Below, piece by piece: positions 1 through 11,647 of a stretch of DNA of 64,000 bases. Numbering within the stretch: the first letter of the stretch is position 1; each line of letters starts with the position of its first letter. The position numbers were made by a program, and so were the translations under genes. Source of the DNA: Cyanophora paradoxa CCMP329 (Eukaryota > Plantae > Glaucophyta); NCBI GenBank assembly GCA_004431415.1, contig QPMI01000451.1, forward strand, positions 1 through 64,000, given 5' to 3'. The notes under the pieces were generated by a model. It had not been told where the DNA came from. It did not search any database and saw nothing but the letters and a program-made list of their open reading frames with translations.

Positions 1-802
1 TTCCGCCCCGCCCGGCGAGCCGCCGCCGCCCGGGAGGAGCCCGGCGGCCGCGTTGGCCGGCGATGGCGCTCAGCGCGGACGAGGATCGCAGCAAGGCGGA
101 CGGGTGCCACGGTGCGGCCGCAGTCTTGGAGGTGATGTGATGCTTGCTAGCGGCTCGACCCGGTCGATTGCATGCGCGCGGGTGCAAGACTGAGGGTGGC
201 AATCATGAGTCAGCATGCGCACCGATGGAACAGATGCGATGTTGATGCCCAGCTGCGACGCTCGCTGCTGCGTCTCGCGGGAAGTGAGAGGGCGGCGAGC
301 CGGGGCGGTCGAAGCCTGCAGCTGGAGGTAGATGAGTTCGAACCTGGTCACCGGGTGCGGCCGGAATCGGTGAGTTCGAACCTGGTGCAGTGCCGCGCGT
401 GGCGAGCCACGCCGGTGGGTGCTTCGCCGAAGCGCTAGCCGGTGCCGGCCGCGACCGGATCAGAACCATCGGCGCCGGTGCAACCGAGGCCGGCGGCCGC
501 GGCCGCGGCAGCTCTGTTGCACCGCGCTAGCCGCTAAGCGATGTCGCCGGTGGAAGCTTGATGCACTGCGGCAGCTGAGAACGAAGCTGATGTTTCTTGT
601 ACCCGGCAAAAACTCAAACTTGCAGGAGCTTGACGCCAGACTCTGAGATCGAGTCTCGGACTGGCAAGTATAAAGGTACTTGAGGCGGCCTAGAGGGCCA
701 CCCTGTGCCCCTCCGGCTCGGCATGTATGACATGAATCGTCAGGCTCATCAAGCGCATTCAGGTGCATTTGGTCCGGCAGATATAACGCCACTTGGTGAG
801 GC

Positions 803-1030
803 GCTAGATCGCATTTTTGGAAAACGTGTTATTGCCCGTTCCAGGTCGACCCGACGGGACCCGGATCTCCCGGAACATGTCTCCAGACTTCTAGGGACAT
901 GCCTTGCTAGGATCCGGCGAGAAAACCCGGGTTTTGGGAGGTCGGGACATTTAATTTCATTTTGGCCTAGGGTGGGCACCCGAACACCCCCAAGTGGGGG
1001 AAGGGGAAGGGGGTCCTTCCCCAAAAAGCA
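803..1030 (+). repeat. ~230-bp dispersed repeat, copy 1
   Basis: Near-identical inverted copy at 61505-61728. Ends in a GGGGAAGG...CCTTCCCC hairpin followed by an A-run. Confidence 0.9.
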
Positions 1031-1395
1031 GTTTCTTGTCAAGGCTTTTATCGGACAGGGCGGGCTCTAAGGCTGGCCGGCTCGCCAGCCTGGCCGACCA
1101 AGCCCCGGACTCCTAGCAAGAGGCTGGCCGCCAGCTCCGGGCCAGCGGCCGAGTTTTTGCGGCTTGGGCTGGGCCGCTGGCCAATGGTTGACACCCCCGG
1201 CCATATGCATATCCCGAGATCTAGGGGATCGAAACCCTAATTATAACGTTAACGACCCGGCGCCCCGAAGGCCTCTATTATAATTAGGATTGCAAAAGCT
1301 GAGCGCCACTGGGCGAGCTGGCCTCTCATTGGGCTGCAACAAAAAGTCACGCTATGTGGTTGAACCCGGCATGCTCCGAGCCCTTAGAGGGAAAA

Positions 1396-1441
1396 AATAG
1401 AGCAGTGCCAAGCCCGCCGCAAGGCGGACCGAACGACCCCC
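1396..1441 (+). repeat. Short hairpin-bearing dispersed repeat
   Basis: aatagag..gtgccaagcccgcYgcaaggcRgacYgaac recurs at 18938-18982. Confidence 0.7.
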
Positions 1442-1500
1442 GTCTGCGAGGCCCTCCTCCCACGAGGGATGCAGCCTGCGTGCTGAGAATACTATGATAC

Positions 1501-3290
1501 TCAACCTACAGTGGGATCCGGGGGAGGCAGCATCTGGTGCTCGTTGACTATGTAGGGGCGCATGGAGTGATGGAAGACGGTAGAGACAGTAGCTATAGGG
1601 GGGGCCTTCGAAGGGGCGGCCCAAAGAGCAGATGACTGCCCATGTTGCGTCCGATGTTGCGTTTTCACGGGTTGCAGGCAGCGGGTCGGGCGAGTAGGGC
1701 GCCACCTGCGTGTCTTCTGCCTGGCCTCTTGCACCCAGGCTTTGTGACAAGAGAATCGTCAGATCAAAATAATCAAAGTGGTTTGCATCCCAAGGGCTTA
1801 CAGCGGAAGGCTTCAAGAAGTAGAATGCGTTCACGGCTGTGGCGAAACAGCGCTGCCGCCTCCTCCCGCCTCCGATCCAGCCGCGCCTGCCTCAGCAGCT
1901 GTCGCCACTGATCTAGTGCTGCGAGTAGCAATTGGTACTCCCGCACAGTCCGACCAGTATTCTGCAGCGCCCTGTGCCAGGCGGCCAATGACATGACTGA
2001 TTCAGTGAGCGAGGGGCCGTCCGTACTGTGGCAATGGTCGGCCAGAGGGGTCGTGGCAGGGGCCAGAAGGACCACAGATCAGCCGCTCCTGCAAAAAAGT
2101 TTGGAAAAAACAGGGCATAGGATGGTCTTTGGGAGGTACCCGCTGTTCAACCTCTGCACAAGCCTGAAGCCGCCGTGCGCGAAATTCATTTGCCCGCTCA
2201 ACCAGTGTCCACTGTCAGGCTGTCAGTCCAAGCACAAGGGCGAGGGGGCTGGGCTTCAAATTGCCTTGAAGCGGCGCATTGGGAGGAACGAGCGAGTCCA
2301 CGCCCGCCAGGCACGCCAAGCACACCAGCGCTCGCTGTGAGCACGCGCGGCATACTCGAGTTCACGGCGCCGGCGATGCTCTGCTACGTTCTTGCAGAGT
2401 CCACATAATGCATGCTGCTTCGCCTTCCGTTGTCGCCACGCGAGGGCCAGTCCCTCGTTTCGTCGCGCTTCCACCTGTGCCACTGTAGCTGGGCGCCAAC
2501 GGTTGGAAAAATAATGCTGCAGGAGGACCCGTCGTCCCATCAAAGCCGCCAGCCTCTTCCGCAGCCGTCCAGCCGCATGTCTGGCAACTTATATGTTTGC
2601 ATGCGCCTGGAGAAGCGGGCGCAGGAATCACGTACGCCCGCCAAGCGTCGAGTGCGTTGCGCAGGCGCCGCTGTATCGCATAGCTGTTTGACCTCCTTAG
2701 CTGGAGGCAGCGTGGAAATCCAGGCCAAGCAGTACCTCTCAGGTAGAGCATGTCGGCGGAAGCGGGTTACATCACGAAGGCGTCGGAGGTAACGCCTGTC
2801 GGGGCCATCAGGAACGCCGGACAACGATGCAGGCAAGGCGAGCCTTTTGATGGCAGCGCGAAGAAGGCGGCGCTCGAGTGCAAAGCGGCGCATGGCCGCA
2901 AAGGCCACACGCAGAGGCCACGCCCGCCTCCAGACTGCTGCGTGTGCCTTTATCGCCTTTGCCCGAGCCCCTGCCTCTCGCCGCCATGACCTTAAGGCCA
3001 AGAGTGCAAGCGATCCCATTCGCCTCGCATATACTGCATGCTGTCGGTCAACTTGCAGCATTGATAAGGGGATGCGCACGACTGCGAGCAAGTCCGCGAC
3101 GGGAGGAGAACGTCCGCCATGCCCTCCATGCACGTACTCGAAGGCGTGCGCTGCCCGATTGTGTGAGGAGCGTGAGGGGCGTTACACTGCAGAGGTGAGA
3201 GCGTGGAGTTTGCAAGAATGGTATGTTAAACGGGACACTGAAGGAATGTGCTGAGGAGAGGAGTTGGGGGCCAAGGGGGCGGAGGGAAGA

Positions 3291-3337
<47 letters not shown>

Positions 3338-6300
3338 GGGGGGAAGGAGGGAAAAGGGGAGGGGCTCCGAGTCGGCGAAGAGGGACAGTTCAGGCCCCCA
3401 ACAGACGACGCACCTGTGGAACGCCGACGCAGCAGCCCATGATGCTCTCCGCAAGCGTCCCTTGTCTGCAGCGAGGGTTGCTGTGTGCCAGCCAGTCTGG
3501 CGAAGACGGGCGGGCGCACATGAAAAGCGGAGGAGGGTGCGCCAGCGAGTGAAGTAGTGTGCGAGATTGTGGAACTGGAGGGCATACTCTGGGGCCTCAA
3601 GGCGCCACTCCCACCAGTCCACGGCTCTGCCCCACACCCGGCGGAGAAGCTGCTGCCCTGCGTCCCCTCTGCCTTCAGCGCCCCACTTGGAAGTGCCAAA
3701 AGTGGAACCGCCAGGCACCGGCAACGGCCCTGCGCCACTCAGCAATCGCTGTTGCAGCCATTGCTCGCACGCGGCGGGCGTTGACAAGCTCCATAGCTGC
3801 AGCGGCGGAATGTTTCCACACAACAAACGCGCGCCACCGTCGCCAGGCCCGTGGAAGCACCCGCCGCCGACGCGGGCCGGCTACCTGTACGACGAGAGTC
3901 GAGGCAAGGGGGGCAGAGGGGGGCGGCCGCTGACCTTCATTTCGCGGGTCTGCTCGAGCTGGTGCCACCAGCGATGCCAGGCCCGCAGGAGCACCCGTGC
4001 TCGCTGCTCGTCTGCAAGTCGCTCCCTGTGGCCGCCGTTGGCCCCCAGAAATGAGGAGAAAAAGAGAGTGCAGGGCGAACATGGCGCGGCGGCGGGATGC
4101 AGCGAGGCAGAGCCGCCCAAAGATTCTTCTGAGGAGGTTGAAACGCCCAAGGGCAGCAGCGTCGCGAGCGTGGATGCGCGCGAGGAAGGCCAGGCGCCAC
4201 TGGCGCCATGCCGTGAGGCGGTGGCGGGCGACCCACACGGCACACGCCATATCAGAGAGGGAACGGCCCCGGCGAAGGACTTCCTCTGGAGGGACAGAGC
4301 TGGATAGAGGAGGCAGCGGCTCAGCAGTTGCCCGCGCAAGGGCTGCCAGGTGCGCCACGCGAGCTTGAAGCGTTGCCTCCAGAGTATGGCCAACGGGCTC
4401 AAAGCGGGAGAAGTAAACGCGGTCGCTGGTGGGGTCCAGGCCTGGCCTCCACGGACCCGCAGGCCGCTGTGGCCTTGCCTCAATTTGCTCGTTTTCGCTT
4501 TCCTCCTCGTCCGTCTCGAGCTCGAAACAGGACGGGCCTGGGCGTTGGGGGCCGAAGCAAAGCCCCCGTGGCGGAGGTACGGTGTGGCGGGGGAAGGCTG
4601 CGAGGAAGGCGCCGTAATCGCTGCTACGGCCAGAGCTTGCCTCGCTCGCAGCTTCGTCCCCCACAGCGAAGCTTGCTCGCCCCGCGGCTGCGGCTGCTCC
4701 CGACCAGGCCAACGAAGCGCCCAGCGGCTGCGCCACCTGCTTGAGCGGCCGGCTGCGAATGCTTTGGATAGTGGCGCTAGTGGAGGAAGTGGCGTGGGGC
4801 CAGGGGCCCGGCGGAGCGGCGCGTCCGATGCTGCGGTAGGCCCGGGCCCGGACAGTTTCTGGGCGAGGGGGCGCGGCAGACAGCGCGTCGCGGGCGCGGA
4901 TGGTGGCGCGGCGGTGTCTTGCAGCAAGGGGTGCGAGGTGTGCCCGGCAGCCGGCGGCGGCCCGCGAAAGATAAAGGTCAAGTGGCGGCAGGTGCCTCAT
5001 CACAAGCGCCGACCGTCGGCGCATGTCCTCTGGTAGCAGCCGGTTCTGCCTCGGCGTCAAAGCTTGGTTGTGCGACCGGGGCGCACAAAAAGCGGGCCTT
5101 CACGATGAGGCCCGAGCGGACGTTGTCGAGCCACGTGTGCAGCGAGATCGCCAGTGGTCGGCAGCGGAACCAGAGGTCGGCCAGCTGCCAGGCATAAGCA
5201 AGGCGCAGCTCTGGCTATGGGGTCTGCATCACCTGTTTCTGAGCAGCGCGCATGCGGCGGCGGACGGCATAGGCCGCCCAACAGCGGAAGAGCCGGAGCG
5301 GGAGGCGACTGCGGCAGGAGGAATTCGACGATTGCAGAGGCGTATGATTCAAAAAAAGTGCTGGTACCTGCGGTAGTATTCGAGGGCTAGAAGACGCCGC
5401 TCCTCTTTCTCCGCGCGCCGAGCCACCGCCCCACGCATAGCTCGCAGGCCCCGCCTCAAGGCTCGCGTGCGCGCCGCCGCCTTCACTTGCACTGCCTTCT
5501 CCCGCAGGTCCACGCAGCGGAAAGTCCATCGTCGCCAGGCAGCAAGGACGGTGGCGGCGGGGCGGCGGAGGGTGCGGAGAAAGAGGCGCGCGGCGCGCGC
5601 GAGGCGGCGACGGCCATCAAGCGAGACGACCAGGAAGGCCGTCCAACCCCAGCGCGCGTAAAGTCCTACCACCGTAAATATAAATAGACGAGGGACAGGA
5701 GGGGGGTGGGACGTGCGAATGTACCATCCTCATCGGCGGCGACCGCTTCAGCCTCCTCTCGGGCACTCCTTGCAATCCTAGCGTGGGCGCGCAGGGCGCC
5801 GAGGGCCAACCGCAGCTCCGCCTTCCTTACGGCCTCCCGTGCCGCCACCTGCGCGGCTCTGAGGCGCTGAAATGCCACTGCGCGCCCGCCTCGGGGCACC
5901 TGCTTCATAAAGCTGCCGTCGCCGCTGCGAGCAAGCTCGCGCCGCAGGGAGGCCCGGCGCTCGGCGGCGGCGGCAGCCTCGGCCTCCGCAGCGCGGCCAG
6001 CGCGGCCACCTGGCCGGAATGCGGCGTGCTTGGAGTCCGGGCGGGCGACGCCGGACATCCAAGGCAGCGGCGGCCGGCGGGCGGGGGGCGACTTGGAGGC
6101 GTGGCGCCGGCGGACGAGGGCAGGAACGCGGCCGAGCGCATGCTGGAGGTTGGCCTCGAAGTGGAGACCCACAAGGGCTTCGAGCCGGGCACCAAGAGCC
6201 CCCACCTCCCGCTCCCGCCTCTCGGCAACTCGCAGGCGCGCCTCGGCCAGGGCCCGCCGCCGCCGAGAGCGCACCGACACGATGGCCCGCCAACAGTCTG

Positions 6301-8288
6301 CCGTGCCCCTTGAGCGGAGCTACAGGATGCGGCAAGGTGGAGACGAACCCTCGAGGGAGGAAGCGACCTGCGGGAGGTCGCGGCGGCGGCGGAAGAACGA
6401 GAAAAGCCGCTCCCGGTCACCCGTGAGCGGATAAAGGGGCGGGGCGGGCGCCACAGGAAACCCCGGAGCCGGATCCTCGCCCCACGCCCAGAGGCCGTGC
6501 CCCCGCTGCCTCGGGTTCCCGCACCGCCGCACGCCGCTCAATGCCTCTTCCTCCTCGCCCTCTGAAGCTCCGGCAAGGGGATTCCCACGCCCTTGCTCGG
6601 GAGACACGGGTGGGGAGGCGCGGTCCAGCTGGGGTGCGGTAGAGAGGCCAAACGAGGAAGCGACTTTCGACGGAAGAGAGCTGTGGGGCGGTAAGCTGGG
6701 GTAGGGCAGTGAGATGGACGCCGCACTCGAAGTAAGCGGCGAGGCGGGCGATGGACCATTCGCCTTCATCAAGCGCCTCGACGCTCGACCGCAGCGGGTC
6801 TGGAATGCTGACCGCGCCGCTCGCGGTGTTGGGCCGGACGCCCTCCGGCGCGGCAGTGTCGGGCGACGGCGCTCTGGGCGCAGAAGAGCCCGACTCGATG
6901 CCGGACTGGGCGAAGAAGTTGCGGGAGTGGGAAGGGGAGGTGCGGAGGGGAGACGACGCCATCCGCGCGTCTCCGCGTGAGCACGGGGACCGTAGCTCTG
7001 GGGAATGCACGTCCGGCAACTCCTCCGCCGCATGTCGGCCCCTGGGCGATCGAGCTGGAGACCGGGCGGGAGAGCGCGCGGCGTTGCGCATCGGAGAGTG
7101 CCGTGGATCGCGCCACGGCGGAGGGGAGACTGGGCGAGCGTAGACCGGCGTGCGGGAGGCGCCGGGCGAGCGAAGGGGGCCAGGCGAGTCCGTCTCAGGC
7201 GCTAGCACCACTCGAGTGGGGGAGTTGGACGTGCTGCGTGGGGCAAACGGGGATAGGGGTGGGGCGATGGGCTGCATGCCCGGCGCCTCGGCGCGTGGGA
7301 AGGGCTTGGCGGCGGGGAAGCGGAACTGCAGCGTGAGCCCCCCTGCGTCACTTGACGCGGATATCAGGCGGTCCTGCTCCGCAAGCTGTAGCCTCTCCGG
7401 TGCGCCTGCTCCGGGCGCAACTCGGCCCGGCGATGTTTGCCCGGGTTCAAACAGGCGCTCCGGCCGGAGGATGCCGCGCCCGCCTCGCACGGGCCTATCT
7501 GCCTGTGCCGGTGGCGCCGATGTTGGCCCGAATGCTCCGGAGCTCGATAATGGGAGCGCCGAGGACGCTAGGGCTGACGGCCTGATCGGCGGGGCGCCGT
7601 CCGCGGGGGTCGCCGCTCGCGTTGTGAGCGGTTGCGACGGTATGAAAACGCCGGCGCTCAACGGCCGCAGGACCGGTACCCTTACACGGGGGAAATCGGT
7701 TCCCGCGTCGGGCATGACCTTTTTGAATCTCAGCGGCGGCTCTGCGAGGAGGACGCGTAGCTCCTGCGATAGTAAGCGGATAATCACACCTAAATGCAGA
7801 TGCGTCTTCTTTACCTGGCTTCGCGTCAAGCCGTCCGAGCCGCGACCGGGCGACGGCGCCCGCATACCGGGTAGATCTGTTCGATCGTTGCTTGCAGCTT
7901 GCTGGCAGGCTGCTGGCACTGCTGGCAGTCTGCTGGCAGACTGCTGGCAGTCTGCTGCCGCTGGGGGGCTACCGATAATCTGGCTAGTTTCCCCTGCTTT
8001 CAGCTTCGATCTGATAATCGTCCTCAGCCAGCCGGTGTACGATCGACGCGACAGTACGTGCCGGCGCTGCAGCGGCGCTCGCGCGTCCATGCGGAAAGCG
8101 GCGCGGCGGTTAGCGGTTCTCGCGCTGCGAGCAGCGCGGCGGAATGAGCGCGTAATAGCCATCGGAGGAGGCCTTACCGCGCTGCTCCTCATTTGGAGGC
8201 TCGCTGCGTCGAACGAACCGGCCGCGGACGCGAGCTCAAGCGCCGGATGCGCTACGGCCGACGACCGGCCCTCTTCGCCACAGAACAT
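1501..8288 (-). CDS. Large multi-exon protein with Sfi1-like (centrin-binding) repeats and a Pro/Ser-rich N-terminus; ends uncertain
   Basis: Recurrent motifs across minus-strand ORFs: LLRAWHRWW, LPRAWRRWRAF, RLTAWRQWRLAF, VLAAWRRWTF, ALRSWRRE, LLAALDQWRQ. Confidence 0.6.
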
Positions 8289-8390
8289 CTGGCTGCTTAT
8301 AGTGGTTCCAAGTGCTCCCCGGCGAAACAGTAAGTGGGCTGGCCCGACTTGGGAGCTCGCGCCGCCCGCGCGACGGGGGTCTTCATCTCA

Positions 8391-8490
8391 TGCACATCGA
8401 TAACACTGGCATACTAGCTGCGGACTACGCTAGCTAGAAGCGGCGGTGCTACCTACGGGGCGAGAAGTCGCGGACGACGCGACAGGGCCC
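8391..8490 (+). repeat. ~100-bp dispersed repeat
   Basis: Same-orientation copy at 49051-49159 (tgcacatYgataacactggcatac...cagggccc). Confidence 0.85.
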
Positions 8491-8667
8491 TATATGTAAT
8501 TCTTCCGATCGTAATTCTTCCGATCGTAATTCAAATTTCCGACGTCGGCGGTCTGGCTTAGATCTTAGCTATAGATGGCTATAGAGCTTGGCCGGGGGGC
8601 AGTAATCGTAATTCTTGGCTTAACTCTGATCGTAATTCTCATGCGCCTCCGCGACGAACTGCGCAGA

Positions 8668-10276
8668 TGAGGCGTTTCTCTCTAAAACAGTGCGTTCGAG
8701 CGCTTCTCAGTAAAGCGAGCATACCAGTCGCTCCAGGAACTCACTGGCTGCCGTGGCACTGCGGCAGCTCCGTGCTTTGGTTCCGGCGCTCCCGCTGTCG
8801 GAAGAGATCTCCGGAGGCGATCCGTTAAACGGGAGGGTAAAGGCCGTCGTGGTCTCCTCGCTGAGCCCCGAGCTGCACCCGGAGTTCGCAAGGGCGCGAG
8901 AGGAGTTTAAAAGCCATCCCGCGGCCGCCAATGTTCTCTTCCACGCGTGCGGCTCCCCGGACCTATCACGGGGCCGCGCTGCGCTCGCCCTGTCTGCGCG
9001 TTCATGATCGCGATTTGCTTTGCAGGCAATCGGGGGGATATCAACGCCGTCCGCTGCCGGCCGACAGCGAGGAAGCCGAGGCTAGCGAGAGGGTGCGGCC
9101 CGCCCAAGTCTCGGAGAGTTTGCCTGGTAGGCGGTAGTCCGTCGTTTGACTAAGTGGCGGCGTCGCGCAGGCGGAGCGACACGCGCGCGATGTCGGAGAG
9201 GCGGTTCTGGCAGCGTTGGCCATCGCGGGGCGGCCGCCGCCGGAGCACGTCATGCTGCTCGGTGAGTCTTGCTTCGGGCCCCGACCGCGCTTTCAAAGGT
9301 AACGCCTGCAGCTGGGGGGCGCTGACGCAGTCGGGGGCCAGAGGACGACCAGGAGGCGTGCCAGAACGCCCTCGAGGGTGTCTTGTACGTTGATTTTGTT
9401 GTTTTCGATTGCGTGCCAGTCTTCAATGTATTCGTAGCTACGCCATCCGCAAGGCTGCCCGGTACTGTCCTCAGTGCCGCGCCCTCAGGTGACCGACCCC
9501 CTTCTTTCTCTTTTTCTCGGCGCCCTGGAGCTCTTCTCTGCCCTCGCGCCTTCCTCGAACTCGATCTTTGGCTGGGACAAGATCGACTACCCTCCCCCTC
9601 CCCCTCCCCTCCTCCTCCCTCCCTCCCCCCCCCCCCCCCACACACTCAAAAAACCCCACCCCCCACCCCCACCCCCACCCTGGCCCCCACCCCTCTGCTC
9701 CCCACGCCCCTCACCCTTCCTAATCCCCTAACCCCCCCCCCCCCCCTTATTTTCAACCAAACCCAACTCCCCCAACCTGACCGTTGCCCATCTCCGAGGG
9801 CGGTCAGTCGGACGGCGACTCACGCCCTCAGGCAGACTCGGCACGGGCCTCAATGGCCTCGTTCTGAAGGGCAGCAACGGCGATGCCGAGCATTTTGCTC
9901 AGTACTTACTCGCGTACGGCTGTTGTGCCTCCGCTTTTCGTCTTTATGATTCTGAGACGCGCCTTCGCCTGCCCGCAGGCACGCTTCAGAGGGCTTCGCG
10001 GACCGTCTCGCCACGTGCGTCTCCTGCGAGCCGCCTTTCTCGCAGGGCGCCCGACCGCCGGGGGCAACGCTCGCAGGGACTGGATCACCGCGGTTCCAGT
10101 TGACGGGTGCGTGGAAGCGCGGACTCTTGGGATGGTACGAGGCGCACTTAGCGGGCCTGATTCGTGTGGGTACGCAGGGCAGGGCCCGCGACGAGCTTGG
10201 GCTCCCTCATCTACCGCTTCAACCTCTTCCGCCACGTGCAGCCCTCGCAGAGCATCGTGCGAGGGAGGCAGGCACG

Positions 10277-10322
<46 letters not shown>

Positions 10323-10548
10323 TGTCCTCCTGCGCACCCCGGAGTCCGACGAGTCACGGTCCGATGGTCTGCAGAGAGCACCTCTGCGGTGCTACGATAT
10401 TCTGTCGACGGAAAATCCACTGCAGAGCTTCCACGTGGACGAGTGCCCCTCCGACGACCTTTTCCCTTGTGCGTGCACTGACCAGGAGGGTCCTGATCAT
10501 TGTCTCAATGTGCTGTCCGGCAGGCCGATGGAGCTCCGATGGGCCTGA
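8668..10548 (+). CDS. Probable multi-exon gene of unknown function
   Basis: Coding-like segments (ALRQLRALVPALPLSEEI..., DWITAVPVDGCVEARTLG) with GT-AG junctions. No family recognised. Confidence 0.35.
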
Positions 10549-10689
10549 GGGCGCAAGCGGGAGGGCCCACGACCACTGGCGCACAGGGGGATCCGAGGGC
10601 GGTCAGGGCGAGGCGGGGCGTGCCCGTATCCCAGGGGCGAGGCCGCCCAACCTTCCCCGGCAGCCTCCCGTTCTTTTCGGCGGCCCCAC

Positions 10690-10812
10690 GATATTGAATT
10701 GAACGTTCTAAACGATTTAATCCAATGCGTAATTGGCTTTGTAATAATCATCCAACAGCTTTTACTCCGCGGTTTCCTTAAATGATCAACATCATCAATC
10801 TGCAAAATTGAA
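10690..10812 (-). pseudogene. rpoB: Plastid-derived rpoB fragment (NUPT)
   Basis: AT-rich island. With one frameshift and one stop it reads [31 protein letters not shown], matching the cyanobacterial/plastid RpoB motif [31 protein letters not shown]. Confidence 0.85.
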
Positions 10813-11052
10813 ACAGCACGTATGGCCTAGCGGTTAAAATCACGGCGTGCATATGCATGTGCGGAACTTCGGAAAGCCCGATTCGACTCCCCTCGGTGGG
10901 AATTCGAGCCATATACCGGTAGGGCATGCCACTGGCCATGGCTGCCAGGCAGTGCCAGCTGCAGCCTAGGCTGCGATGCACTGCGTGGCAAATGGCATGG
11001 GGCAGCCAGATCTAGACCGTGACTCTGATCATGAGCTCGAGATGGGGGGGGG

Positions 11053-11087
<35 letters not shown>

Positions 11088-11647
11088 CGAGGCTGCGAGT
11101 TTGATGCCATGATGTGCGCGGTGCCACGGTGTTTGCCAAGTTGGCCGGAGAGTGTTGCAATCCCAACGGGAACGTCTACCGTAGTACCGTACCTCCAGGT
11201 GGATTTGCAACTTGGCAATTGGGCGTCGACACAGCGCTCAGCCTGGCAGGCTGCCTCCTACGTATACTCCATGGCCAGTGTACGTATACGTAGGTACAAT
11301 ATTTTAATAGAGTATACCGTACTATACGTACGTAGGGCCCTGGGGTTGTCTGGCCCGTCGACGTTGCCGCGGCCGCGGTCCGTTTGGATCGATATCATGA
11401 TCATGCTCGATCTGGCGGGATCGCGGTTTGTTTTCTCCGTGGGGGCCTGGGCCAGTGGGGGCCCGGTGTAGCCGTGGTCGGGATCCAGCATATAGTTTGC
11501 TCAGTGCTGTAGAGAGCTACCATGTAAAGACCAACACAGCGAGGGTGCAGTGGCGGGTGGCCCAGTAACACGGGTGGCCCAGTTGCATATTGGGCCCAGT
11601 TGCAAATTGCGGGCTATATATATATACACACACACACAGAATTGCAA

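Noticed and set aside
1-683. Possible 3' end of a gene at the window start
   Set aside because: No recognisable domain or consistent exon chain.
3290-3345. Poly-Gly/poly-Pro ORFs from long G/C runs (also ~9600-9780, 10277, 11045, 22257, 43026, 54674, 62096)
   Set aside because: Homopolymer or low-complexity tracts, mostly intronic or intergenic and possibly assembly artefacts.
7150-8403. Long antisense/overlapping ORFs (e.g. 7150-8403, 37194-38228, 41035-42063)
   Set aside because: Shadow ORFs expected in high-GC DNA opposite real genes or repeats.
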